Source: Dehalococcoidia bacterium (GTDB taxonomy: Bacteria > Chloroflexota > Dehalococcoidia > Dehalococcoidales > RBG-16-60-22). From it: a DNA stretch of 64,000 nucleotides. Location: NCBI GenBank assembly GCA_011174815.1, contig DUFF01000023.1, positions 368 to 64,367 on the forward strand, given 5' to 3'. The notes below the pieces were generated by a model. The model did not search any database. It was given only the letters and a program-made list of their open reading frames with translations, and was not told where the DNA came from. The position numbers were made by a program, and so were the translations under genes. Each line of letters starts with the position of its first letter. Position 1 is the stretch's first letter. Positions 8,357-16,852 of the stretch are shown here, one piece after another.

Positions 8357-10021
8357 TCACTTATTCACATGATGGGCGGTGAGCTGCCTTTCCCTCACTT
8401 CCGGATTGGCATAGTCAGGAAGAAGTATCGGCGCCACGCGGTCGGTTACAACGCCTGATTTCTCCAAATCATGGTGATAATCTTTCACGTGTTGCAGTGA
8501 TAGTCTACCGTCCTTGGCTTTATCCCTGGTATAGCCGGATGCGCTCTCCCCGGCAATCCGTCCAAAGACGAGAACATCGAGCAGGGAATTGCCTATCAGG
8601 CGATTTTCGCCATGCACGCCGCCGCTGACCTCGCCGGCGATGAAAAGCCCGGGCACAGATGTTTCCCCGCGGGCATTGTATTCCAGTCCGCCATTCTGGT
8701 AGTGGAGCGTGGGGTAAATCAGCATCGGTTGCTTGGCGATATCAATGTCAAACCGCCGGTACACGATGAATTTACCCAAAAATTCCCTCTCCACCGTGCC
8801 TTCGCCCATCAAGATATCGATCATGGGCGAATCCAGCCATACGCCCAGTTTTCCGGTGGGCGTGGGAACGCCCTTTCCCGTCTCCAGACACTCCCTGATT
8901 ATAGCCGCTGATTCCACGTCCCTCGGCTCGCGCTCATAGACGAATTGCTCCCCGTCAATGTTCACCAGATTCGCCCCGGCCCCCCGGAATTTTTCCGTGA
9001 TGAGAAGGCCTTCCACCTGCTCGGGGAAGACAGCACCGGTGGGATGATACTGGATGGTATGCAGTAGCTTTAGCTTCACCCCGGCCCGGTAGCCCAAAAC
9101 AATGCCGTCAGCCGTGGCCCCGTAGTGATTGGTGGTCATAAAGCCCTGAATGTGCAAACGACCGCAGCCTCCGGTGGCCAGAATGGTCGCCTTGGCCTTG
9201 ACTATCAGGTATTCTTCGGTCTCCAGGTTGTAAAGTACGGCGCCGGCGCAGTGACCATGCTCGTTCAAAATAAGTTCGATGGTGGGGGAGAATTCCAGGA
9301 CGGTGATATTCTCTTTATTGCGGGCCTCATCGCGAATGGTGCGCATTATCTCGGCGCCGGTTATGTCACTGCAGTAATGCATTCGCTTCCGGCTTATCCC
9401 ACCGCCAAGCAAAGTATGCAGCCGGCCATCAGGAAATTTGGAGAACATCACCCCGAGACCTTCCAGCCACTTGAGCACTCCCGGTGCCTCGGTGACCAGA
9501 GTGCTCAGCAGTTCCGGTTCATTCTTAAAGTGGCCGCCACCCAACGTGTCAAGGTAATGCACGCAGGGCGAGTCTTTCTCCACCTTGCTGGCCGCCTGAA
9601 TGCCGCCTTCAGCCATCATGGTGTTGGCATCACCGTGGCGCAGTTTGGTGACCAGCAACACCCTGGCCCCGTTCTGCTCGGCAAGCAGCGCGGCTGCAGT
9701 CCCGGCACCACCACCCCCAATTATCAGGATATCGGTTTCCATATCCACGCGGGAGAGGTCGATGTAATCCGGGTTTATCCGGCTCCATGCCTCAAGCAGG
9801 TCGGCAAATTCGTGGGGAATCCGGTCCCCTTTGCTCGGCCCTACCTTCAGTTCCCGACGCCCCTCTCCTTTATAATCGGGATGAAACTTCTTCAGGACCT
9901 CATCGGCCTCATCCGGCGACATGCGGGGGAATTCCTCCCCCTTCTTCTTCCGCGCCAGCCGCTGCGGCCTGGTCTTCTCCACCACTTTTATCAGATTCGT
10001 CAGTTCCTCAGTGTACGGCAT
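8357..10021 (-). CDS. fumarate reductase/succinate dehydrogenase-family flavoprotein (FrdA/TfrA-like) with a ~95-aa N-terminal extension
   Basis: It has the FAD motif ILIIGGGGAGTAAAL, the HPT active-site motif (IQYHPTGAVFP), EKFRGAGANLVN (compare EGCRGEGG in SdhA), and the C-terminal GLFIAGEVSGGVHGENRLIGNSLLDVLVFGR. The position of the covalent-FAD His (SHTVAAQGG in SdhA/FrdA) reads ANTMMAEGG. Confidence 0.75.
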   Translation of the reverse strand: MPYTEELTNLIKVVEKTRPQRLARKKKGEEFPRMSPDEADEVLKKFHPDYKGEGRRELKVGPSKGDRIPHEFADLLEAWSRINPDYIDLSRVDMETDILIIGGGGAGTAAALLAEQNGARVLLVTKLRHGDANTMMAEGGIQAASKVEKDSPCVHYLDTLGGGHFKNEPELLSTLVTEAPGVLKWLEGLGVMFSKFPDGRLHTLLGGGISRKRMHYCSDITGAEIMRTIRDEARNKENITVLEFSPTIELILNEHGHCAGAVLYNLETEEYLIVKAKATILATGGCGRLHIQGFMTTNHYGATADGIVLGYRAGVKLKLLHTIQYHPTGAVFPEQVEGLLITEKFRGAGANLVNIDGEQFVYEREPRDVESAAIIRECLETGKGVPTPTGKLGVWLDSPMIDILMGEGTVEREFLGKFIVYRRFDIDIAKQPMLIYPTLHYQNGGLEYNARGETSVPGLFIAGEVSGGVHGENRLIGNSLLDVLVFGRIAGESASGYTRDKAKDGRLSLQHVKDYHHDLEKSGVVTDRVAPILLPDYANPEVRERQLTAHHVNK

Positions 10022-10030
10022 TCCTTCCTC

Positions 10031-10831
10031 CTAGGGATAATCATGCTTCGCCGGCGTCCAGTCCTCGCCCGCCATTTCCGGCTCCATTTCCCGGGACTTA
10101 TAGAGTTCCCTTAATTGTTTGACATCGGACTTCATCAGCTTCTGCAACGCCTGCTGGCATTTTTCGCTTTTCGCCACCTCGACCGCCTCATTCAGGTGCT
10201 CGGCCCTAGGCGCAATCCGGCTCCCGTAAATTCTCCGCGCCAGCTGCATGATGTGATACTGCGGCAATTCCCCCATGCACCTGCTGACGCAGAGGCCGCA
10301 CTGTATACAGCTAAAGGAAAGGGTGGCTGCCCTCTCGATGTTGCCCTGTTTCACCGCCGAGATAACGTCCATCACCTGGACATCCATGGGACAGACTTTG
10401 GTACAGCTATTGCAGGCGATGCAGCGAAATACCTCGGGATACAGCTTGAATATCTCCTCGGGACCGGCGGTGAGCTTCTCGAAATCATAGCTCGCCCGGT
10501 TCGCCGGGTAAAAGGGTATCTGCGTCAGATACATATCCGGTTCCACCACCGTCTGACAGGCCAGCCCAACGCGAAGGTGATAGTCCCCCGGCTTGCGATA
10601 AACGGTGGCGCAGGCGCCGCAGATGCCGCCCCGGCAGCCGCACCCGCGAATGAACTGGTATCCGGCGTACTCCAGCGCCTTCATGATGGTGAGCGTCTCC
10701 GGTACCAGATACCTTTTGCCCATCACGTAAACCGGAATCAGCTTTGCCTCTTCTGTTTCCGCCTCTTTCTTATTGATGGTCTCTGTACGCTCTTTATCCG
10801 CCATGATAACCTCCGTTTGATTATAAACCAA
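10031..10831 (-). CDS. FrdB/SdhB-like iron-sulfur protein ([2Fe-2S] plus two cubane-type cluster motifs)
   Basis: CGCRGGICGACATV is a 2Fe-2S-type motif. CIACNSCTKVCP and CIQCGLCVSRC are ferredoxin-type motifs. The start may be the ATG at 10804 (MADKERT) rather than 10831. Confidence 0.7.
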   Translation of the reverse strand: MVYNQTEVIMADKERTETINKKEAETEEAKLIPVYVMGKRYLVPETLTIMKALEYAGYQFIRGCGCRGGICGACATVYRKPGDYHLRVGLACQTVVEPDMYLTQIPFYPANRASYDFEKLTAGPEEIFKLYPEVFRCIACNSCTKVCPMDVQVMDVISAVKQGNIERAATLSFSCIQCGLCVSRCMGELPQYHIMQLARRIYGSRIAPRAEHLNEAVEVAKSEKCQQALQKLMKSDVKQLRELYKSREMEPEMAGEDWTPAKHDYP

Positions 10832-11690
10832 GCGAGGCCAACAGACCAGAAGGTGAAATCAAATGTTTTTTGAACCAGGACCCGGCCTCAGCTATTCCCA
10901 GCGCCAGCCCGATAAGTTCGGTGAAATAGAATACGGGCATTTTATTTCCGTTAGCTCCGCCCTGCCGCATTTCCAGGTTGGCGTGGCACAGCGGACAGGC
11001 GGCGACCATTGCCTCGGCACCGGCCCGCCTCGCCATCTCAACCAGCTCACCTACCATTCGCCTAGCCATTTCCCTTTTGCTCAGCGACAGGCTGCCACCG
11101 CAGCAGTCCACCTTGCCGGACCAGTCCCTGACCTCGGCACCAAGGGTATCAAGCAGAGCATCCAGGCACTGCGGGTTTTCCGGGTCATCGAAGGCAACGA
11201 TTTCAGGGGGGCGGACAAGGTAGCAGCCATAATAGGCGGCCAGTTTCAAGCCGTGTAGCGGTTTGACCACTTTATCTTTCAGGCTCTCCAGACCGATTTC
11301 GTTACAGATTATGTCAAGGAGATGTCGGGTATTATATTGAGCATTGTAGGACAGTCCGGTCAAATTTGTGAGTTCATCTCGCTGCTTTTCATCCTGTTTC
11401 ATCTCGTTCTGTGCTTTTCTCAACCTGATGTAGCAGGCGGGACAGGCAACGGCGATGTCCATCCCCATACCCTCGGCCAGCGCCAGGTTCCTGCCGGCGA
11501 GGTTACCGGCCAGACGACGGTCGGTGCTGTGCCCGGACGACGCCCCGCAGCAATTCCAGTCGGGAATCTCCGCCAGCTCAATGCCGAGATGCTCACACAC
11601 GGCGCGTACAGACAGGTCATACTCCCTGGCGGTAGCCTCCAAGGAACAGCCGGGGTAATAGGCATATTTCACTGCTGTCTGCTGATTCAT
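10821..11690 (-). CDS. hdrB: HdrB-like protein with two CCG (cysteine-rich) domains; equivalent to the C-terminal half of archaeal TfrB
   Basis: There are two CCG repeats: YPGC...NCCGASSG...CPACY and YYGC...VDCCGGSLS...CPLCH. The gene has a 4-nt stop/start overlap with the upstream hdrC-like gene. Confidence 0.8.
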   Translation of the reverse strand: MNQQTAVKYAYYPGCSLEATAREYDLSVRAVCEHLGIELAEIPDWNCCGASSGHSTDRRLAGNLAGRNLALAEGMGMDIAVACPACYIRLRKAQNEMKQDEKQRDELTNLTGLSYNAQYNTRHLLDIICNEIGLESLKDKVVKPLHGLKLAAYYGCYLVRPPEIVAFDDPENPQCLDALLDTLGAEVRDWSGKVDCCGGSLSLSKREMARRMVGELVEMARRAGAEAMVAACPLCHANLEMRQGGANGNKMPVFYFTELIGLALGIAEAGSWFKKHLISPSGLLASLGL

Positions 11691-12241
11691 TTTTCCGCTC
11701 CCCGGAAAATGTCCCTCACCTTTTCTATCTCTTTGAAGCGCTCCGGAAGCAACTTCAACTTACCCTTCATGAGCATTTTTATCCCCGGCAGCAAATCGCT
11801 GAACAGGTCTCGCGTCTTGAGTTTGAGCTTCAAAATCAGGGATAGTTCGTGCTGCCTACCCCACTGCTCAATGTTGCCCAGAAAAATGCGGTGGAAATCA
11901 GCGACACTGCGCTCTTTGACAAATCCTTCACGCAGCGAAATCTCACGCAGGACATCCATTATCCTGACGATGTCAACTTCATTGGGACATCTGGTAGCAC
12001 AGGCCTGGCAGTCGGCACAGACCCAGATGGTGGAACTGGTCAGCACCTGCTCCCGGAGGCCTATCTGCACCATGCGGACAATCTGGTGGGGAAGATAGTC
12101 CATGGCAAAGGCCGACGGGCAGCCCAGGCTGCAGGTGAGGCACTGGTAGCAGCGGTTTATTTCCGTGCCGCTCGCCTCTTTTACCTGCTCGGCAAAGTTC
12201 GCTTCAATTACCGCTACACCGTTCTTATCAAAGTACTGCAT
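11687..12241 (-). CDS. hdrC: HdrC-like 2x[4Fe-4S] ferredoxin-domain protein
   Basis: It contains CYQCLTCSLGCP and CADCQACATRCP. Its size and its position directly upstream of the hdrB-like gene fit HdrC. Confidence 0.8.
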   Translation of the reverse strand: MQYFDKNGVAVIEANFAEQVKEASGTEINRCYQCLTCSLGCPSAFAMDYLPHQIVRMVQIGLREQVLTSSTIWVCADCQACATRCPNEVDIVRIMDVLREISLREGFVKERSVADFHRIFLGNIEQWGRQHELSLILKLKLKTRDLFSDLLPGIKMLMKGKLKLLPERFKEIEKVRDIFRGAEK

Positions 12242-12244
12242 GGG

Positions 12245-13369
12245 CTACACCCCGATATTGGGCAGTTCCTCCTCCCTGAACGTGGTCAGGGGCAGTTCCT
12301 CATCCAGGCTTCTGCCCGGTACGTAATCGAATACCTTCTGTACCTCATATCCCACCAGGCGGAAAATATCGAAAACCGGAACATCGTTGGGACAGGCTTC
12401 CGTGCAAAGCCCACAGCCAACGCAGGCAACCACCATATGGTTGAGCCGGGTCAAATGAAAAAGCAGCGTATCGTTGGGCATGCGCAGAGCACCCTTTCTT
12501 TTTGCCCAACCCAGATACTTCTCGGCCTCGAATTCGAATACCGGAGAGTCGAAGAAGCACTCCTTGCAGTAGCAGAGCGGGCAGGCTGTCTTGCAGTTGT
12601 GGCAGTTGATGCAGGTGGCCAGCGTGGCCATCATTTTGTCCAGGCCCTTTACTTCTTCCTGGACCTGTTTTAAAACCTCTTCCCTCTTCCTTGCCCTCTC
12701 CGCAGTGAGCTTTTCTACGGCTGGCTGTCTCTCCCCAGCTTTCGCCTCCTCAAGGCCCATCTCCTCAATCACCTTTTCACCTTCCGGCGTTCCGGCGACC
12801 AGCAAAATCCCCTTGGCCAGGTCTACACCGAGCAGACCGATGGTGAGGTCAGCGCCCATGGGGACCGGGTATTCGCATATCTGGCAGGCTTTACGAAGCA
12901 GAGGGTCTTCCTTTCCCTCTCGCGCCCGGTTCAGGAAATCCTCGGTCGATGACGCGCTTTCCTTGACGGATTTTTCGTAGTCGTTTACCGAGTAGGTGCC
13001 AAAGCAGTCAATGCCTATCAGGAGCAGCTTATCCAGCGAGGCCTGCTTCAACTTCACCAGCTCAACGAGTGCCCGGAGTTCGCAGGAACGCAGCACCACA
13101 CCCAGCCGTTCCGGGCTGGAAGATACCAGGGTGACCCTGGAGACGAGCCGGGCGGCATTCACCGGCAGCACCGGCGCCAGCGGGTTGGCCCTCTGGACCT
13201 GCTCCGGCCGGCTCACGATAGTCGGTACCACATTCTCGCCCGTGGGCAATTCCAGCGGCACCAGCAGCGCATCGACCAGCTTTTTCTCCAGCAGGCCGGC
13301 CAGAAACTGGCGAATCGCCCCCAGCACTCCGTTTTCCACCGGCAAAGTTGCGTATCTTTCCATATTCAT
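12245..13369 (-). CDS. FrhB/FdhB-like (coenzyme F420 hydrogenase/dehydrogenase beta-family) Fe-S protein with C-terminal 2x[4Fe-4S]
   Basis: 374 aa. The N-terminal half (LLVPLELPTGENVVPTIVSRPEQV...LLIGIDCFGTYS) resembles the FrhB family. The C-terminal half has CINCHNCKTACPLCYC and CVGCGLCTEACP. The family assignment is from memory of the motif pattern. Confidence 0.5.
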   Translation of the reverse strand: MNMERYATLPVENGVLGAIRQFLAGLLEKKLVDALLVPLELPTGENVVPTIVSRPEQVQRANPLAPVLPVNAARLVSRVTLVSSSPERLGVVLRSCELRALVELVKLKQASLDKLLLIGIDCFGTYSVNDYEKSVKESASSTEDFLNRAREGKEDPLLRKACQICEYPVPMGADLTIGLLGVDLAKGILLVAGTPEGEKVIEEMGLEEAKAGERQPAVEKLTAERARKREEVLKQVQEEVKGLDKMMATLATCINCHNCKTACPLCYCKECFFDSPVFEFEAEKYLGWAKRKGALRMPNDTLLFHLTRLNHMVVACVGCGLCTEACPNDVPVFDIFRLVGYEVQKVFDYVPGRSLDEELPLTTFREEELPNIGV

Positions 13370-13372
13370 TCC

Positions 13373-13804
13373 TTAAATTGACCAGTCTTCCCGCAATGGA
13401 TTGGGCCCAAGTTTCTTAATTGATTCGGTCACCTCTCTCATGGTGCGGGCAAACTTGGCGCCTTCCGCAGCGCTGATCCATCTTATCCAGACCCGGTCAT
13501 CCTCAATTCCCAGGGTCTTCAGCATCGTCTTCAGTATGGCCATTCGCCTTCTCGCCTTGTAGTTTCCGGAGACATAGTGGCAATCGCCGGGAGTACATCC
13601 CCCTACAATCACGCCGTCAGCGCCGCCCAGCAGCGCCCGCAATACGTAAACCGGGTCCACCGATCCGCTGCACATGGTGCGGATGGGGCGGATATTGGCC
13701 GGGTACTGCATGCGGAGCGTGCCAGCGAGGTCGGCGGCGGTAGCCGTACACCAGTTGCAGAAGAAGCCCACGATTACCGGTTGAAACTCTTTTTCCTCGG
13801 CCAC
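13373..13804 (-). CDS. mvhD: MvhD/FlpD-like (methyl-viologen-reducing hydrogenase delta subunit family) [2Fe-2S] electron-transfer protein
   Basis: FCNWCTATAADLAG...IRPIRTMCSGSVDPVYVLRALLGGADGVIVGGCTPGDCHYVSGN is the conserved MvhD core. Confidence 0.85.
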   Translation of the reverse strand: MAEEKEFQPVIVGFFCNWCTATAADLAGTLRMQYPANIRPIRTMCSGSVDPVYVLRALLGGADGVIVGGCTPGDCHYVSGNYKARRRMAILKTMLKTLGIEDDRVWIRWISAAEGAKFARTMREVTESIKKLGPNPLREDWSI

Positions 13805-13819
13805 TTCTTTACCTCCTTA

Positions 13820-16800
13820 TCACTGAAAAACGGCATCTATTAACGAGAATACCTGCTTGTCCCTGAACCCTCTCATTTTGGCAGCGCCGCTGGGGCAGGC
13901 CACGACACAGGCCCCGCAGCCCTGACAGAGAGCCTCCCGTACAACTATCTCGTTGGTTTCCTCGTCTCTGGCTCTGGCATCGTAGGGGCAAACGGTAATG
14001 CACATCTCGCACTTACGGCACAGTCTCTGAACGACCTCGGAGACCATCCTTCCCGCTTTCAGGTGCTTCGAGGTCAGCAGGGATACCGCTCTTCCGGCGG
14101 CGGCCTGTGCCTGGGCGATGGTCTCCTCGATACCCCGGGGCGACTGAGCCAGCCCGCAGACATAGATACCCTCTCGCAGAAAATCTGTAGACCGGAACTT
14201 CTCCTCTGCCTCGCGGAAGAAGCCATCCTCATCCGTCTCTACCTCCAGGATACCGGCGAGCGCCGGGTTATCATTCGGGATAATGCCCGTGCTCAGAACG
14301 ACCAGGTCGGGCTCAAGCACCAGCTTTCCCCCTAACACCGGCTCGATGAGCTCCGTGATTAACCGCTCCCCCTCCTCTTTTACCTCCGGTTTGCTGTCCA
14401 GCCCGTAGCGTATAAATTGCACGCCTTTTTCCCGCGCCAGTGTATAGTACTGCTCCTTGAAGCCGTAGCTCATCACATCCCGGTGGAGAACGGCTACCTC
14501 AATGCCGGGATTTACTTCCTTCAATTTCAAAGCATTTTTTATGGCCTCTGAGCAGCAGACACGGCTGCAATACGGCCGGTCTTTCTCCCTGGAGCCGACA
14601 CACTGTATCATCACCACCGAACTCAGCCCACTCGGGTCAATCTCGCCGGAAGCAAGCCTCTTTTCCAGCTCACGCTGCGTGAGCACCTTCTGACTTTGCC
14701 CGTACAGGTACTCTTCGGGGCGGTACTCATCACCACCGGTAGCGACGATGACGGCACCGACTTCCAGTACATCTGTGGTGTCGTCTTTCTTCTTGATACT
14801 GACCCGAAAATCACCGGCATAGCCGCTGGTCGCCACCACCTCTGACTCCAGGTGCAGGTGGATATTGGAGTTGCTGCTCACCTGCTCCAAAGTATCTTTG
14901 AGCAATGGCCGGGTATCGCCGCTTTCCAGCGTGGAGTACAGGTCCTTCAGGTTTCCGCCCAGCTCCGGTGATTTTTCGACAAGGTGGACTTCAATGTCAT
15001 GCCGGGCGATGGACAGGGCCGCCGTCATGCCGGCGATGCCGCCGCCGATGACCAGCGCGCCGGGTGTTACCGCCGTCAGCGATACGGGCGGATAGTCCTG
15101 CTGTCTAGCATCCTCTATGGCCATGTTCAGCAGGCTTCTGGTCTTGGCCAGAGCAGCATCGGGCTGGTCACGGTGCACCCAGACCACGTCTTCCCTGAGA
15201 TTCACCACCCTGATTTTCTCCGGCATAAGTCCAGCCTCAGTGGCAAATTTATCATTAATGTATTTGTTGACACACAGGCCACACCCACCCAGCACCAGAC
15301 GGTTGCCCTTGTGCTCCTTTGCTCCTTTTGCCACTGCTTCCAAGGCCTCGTCCGAGCAGAGGTAGGGCACCTGTTCTACGTGAACCATGCCCGGCAGTTG
15401 TCCTATGTAACCTGCCACCGACTCAAGGTCGAGCGCGGAGGCGATTTCATCGCCGCAGCCGCACAGAAAAACGACAACCTGCGGCGCTTCCTCTTCTGAC
15501 GGTGTTTCCGCCGGCTTTTCAGCCGCAGGGCGGGCAGGAGGTGAGCTGAGCCATCGCGTCGCCTCACCAGCAGCAGCACCGGCTTCAACCACCGTATCGG
15601 TGATATCCTTGGGGCCGGCGGCACTGCCACATACGTATATTCCATCCTGTGACGTCTCCGTCAGAGAAAACGGACGCGTCTGGCAGAACCCCCACCGATT
15701 GGTCTCCACGCCTAGGACCTGACAGAGCTCCCCGAATTCCGGGGCCGGCGTCTGGCCCACGGACAGCACGGCCATTTCAAACTGGCGCCTGACCGGTAAG
15801 CCACCATCAGCGGCCACGGTAAGCATAATGTTATGGGTCTGGGGGTCTTCTTTCACCACCGGGACGCGGCAGCGGGTGAAGTGCACGCCGAGTTCGTCCC
15901 TGGCATGCTCATAGTAGCGATAATAACCCTTGCCGAAGGTCCTCAAATCCATGAAAAAGATATGGACATCCGTATCCGGCCAGGTCTTTCTGATGAGCGC
16001 GGCCTCTTTTACGGCAAACATGCAGCACGCCGAGGAGCAGTAATCCCTCCCGCGGTCACGCGAGCCGATGCACTGCAAAAAGGCAATTGACGCTGGCGTT
16101 TTGCCATCTGAAGAACGGACCAGCTCCCCTCCGGAAGGTCCGCCCGGACTGAGTATACGCTCCAGCTCAATGCTGGTTATTACGTTGGGATAGCGCCGGT
16201 AGCCATACTGCGTGGCCATGCGCGGGTCGAATTCCTCGAAGCCGGTCGACAGGATAATGGCACCCACCTGGAGCTGCATGGTGCTCTCCTTCGGTTCCAG
16301 CTGAATGGCCTGGGTGGGGCACTTGCCGACGCATTCTCCGCACCGGGTGCATTTTTCCCAGTCTATGGCATACCGGCGAGGAGAGGCGTATGGATTCGGC
16401 ACATCGATAGCCTTCTTTCGACCCAGCCCCTCGTCGAATTGACTTTCCACCTCGACCGGGCAGGCCTCAGTACAGAGCCCGCAGCCAATGCATAAGCTAG
16501 CATCCACGCCGGTGCTCCTCGTGCTTAATTCTGCTCTGAAATCGCCCGCCTCGCCCTGCAGGCCGGTTACTTCCGTGTTGAAAAGCAGCTCGACTCCGGG
16601 ATGGACCAGCCCGCGCCGCAGGCAGAACTGGGAGGATAAATCTCTATTCAGTGTGGGCAGCATCTGGCACAGGCTGCAGTGGTTGTCCGGGAACCACCTG
16701 TCCATCTGAACCACGGCGCCACCGATGCTCGGCTTCCGCTCGCAGAGATAGACCGTATATCCCGCCTCCGCCAGGTCCAGGGAGGCCTTTATTCCGGCCA

Positions 16801-16852
16801 CCCCGGCACCGATTACCAGAACCGCTTCTGACTTGGCCATTTTATTACTCAC
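13820..16852 (-). CDS. hdrA: tandem-fused HdrA-like flavoprotein (two complete HdrA cores in one 1010-aa polypeptide)
   Basis: It has two FAD dinucleotide motifs (VLVIGAGVAGIKASLDLAEAG and ALVIGGGIAGMTAALSIARHD). It also has two HdrA signature motifs (FLQCIGSRDRGRDYCSSACC and MIQCVGSREKDRPYCSRVCC), an internal HdrA N-domain-like segment (VVFLCGCGDEIAS), and several CxxCxxCxxxCP motifs including a C-terminal ferredoxin domain. Confidence 0.8.
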   Translation of the reverse strand: MSNKMAKSEAVLVIGAGVAGIKASLDLAEAGYTVYLCERKPSIGGAVVQMDRWFPDNHCSLCQMLPTLNRDLSSQFCLRRGLVHPGVELLFNTEVTGLQGEAGDFRAELSTRSTGVDASLCIGCGLCTEACPVEVESQFDEGLGRKKAIDVPNPYASPRRYAIDWEKCTRCGECVGKCPTQAIQLEPKESTMQLQVGAIILSTGFEEFDPRMATQYGYRRYPNVITSIELERILSPGGPSGGELVRSSDGKTPASIAFLQCIGSRDRGRDYCSSACCMFAVKEAALIRKTWPDTDVHIFFMDLRTFGKGYYRYYEHARDELGVHFTRCRVPVVKEDPQTHNIMLTVAADGGLPVRRQFEMAVLSVGQTPAPEFGELCQVLGVETNRWGFCQTRPFSLTETSQDGIYVCGSAAGPKDITDTVVEAGAAAGEATRWLSSPPARPAAEKPAETPSEEEAPQVVVFLCGCGDEIASALDLESVAGYIGQLPGMVHVEQVPYLCSDEALEAVAKGAKEHKGNRLVLGGCGLCVNKYINDKFATEAGLMPEKIRVVNLREDVVWVHRDQPDAALAKTRSLLNMAIEDARQQDYPPVSLTAVTPGALVIGGGIAGMTAALSIARHDIEVHLVEKSPELGGNLKDLYSTLESGDTRPLLKDTLEQVSSNSNIHLHLESEVVATSGYAGDFRVSIKKKDDTTDVLEVGAVIVATGGDEYRPEEYLYGQSQKVLTQRELEKRLASGEIDPSGLSSVVMIQCVGSREKDRPYCSRVCCSEAIKNALKLKEVNPGIEVAVLHRDVMSYGFKEQYYTLAREKGVQFIRYGLDSKPEVKEEGERLITELIEPVLGGKLVLEPDLVVLSTGIIPNDNPALAGILEVETDEDGFFREAEEKFRSTDFLREGIYVCGLAQSPRGIEETIAQAQAAAGRAVSLLTSKHLKAGRMVSEVVQRLCRKCEMCITVCPYDARARDEETNEIVVREALCQGCGACVVACPSGAAKMRGFRDKQVFSLIDAVFQ

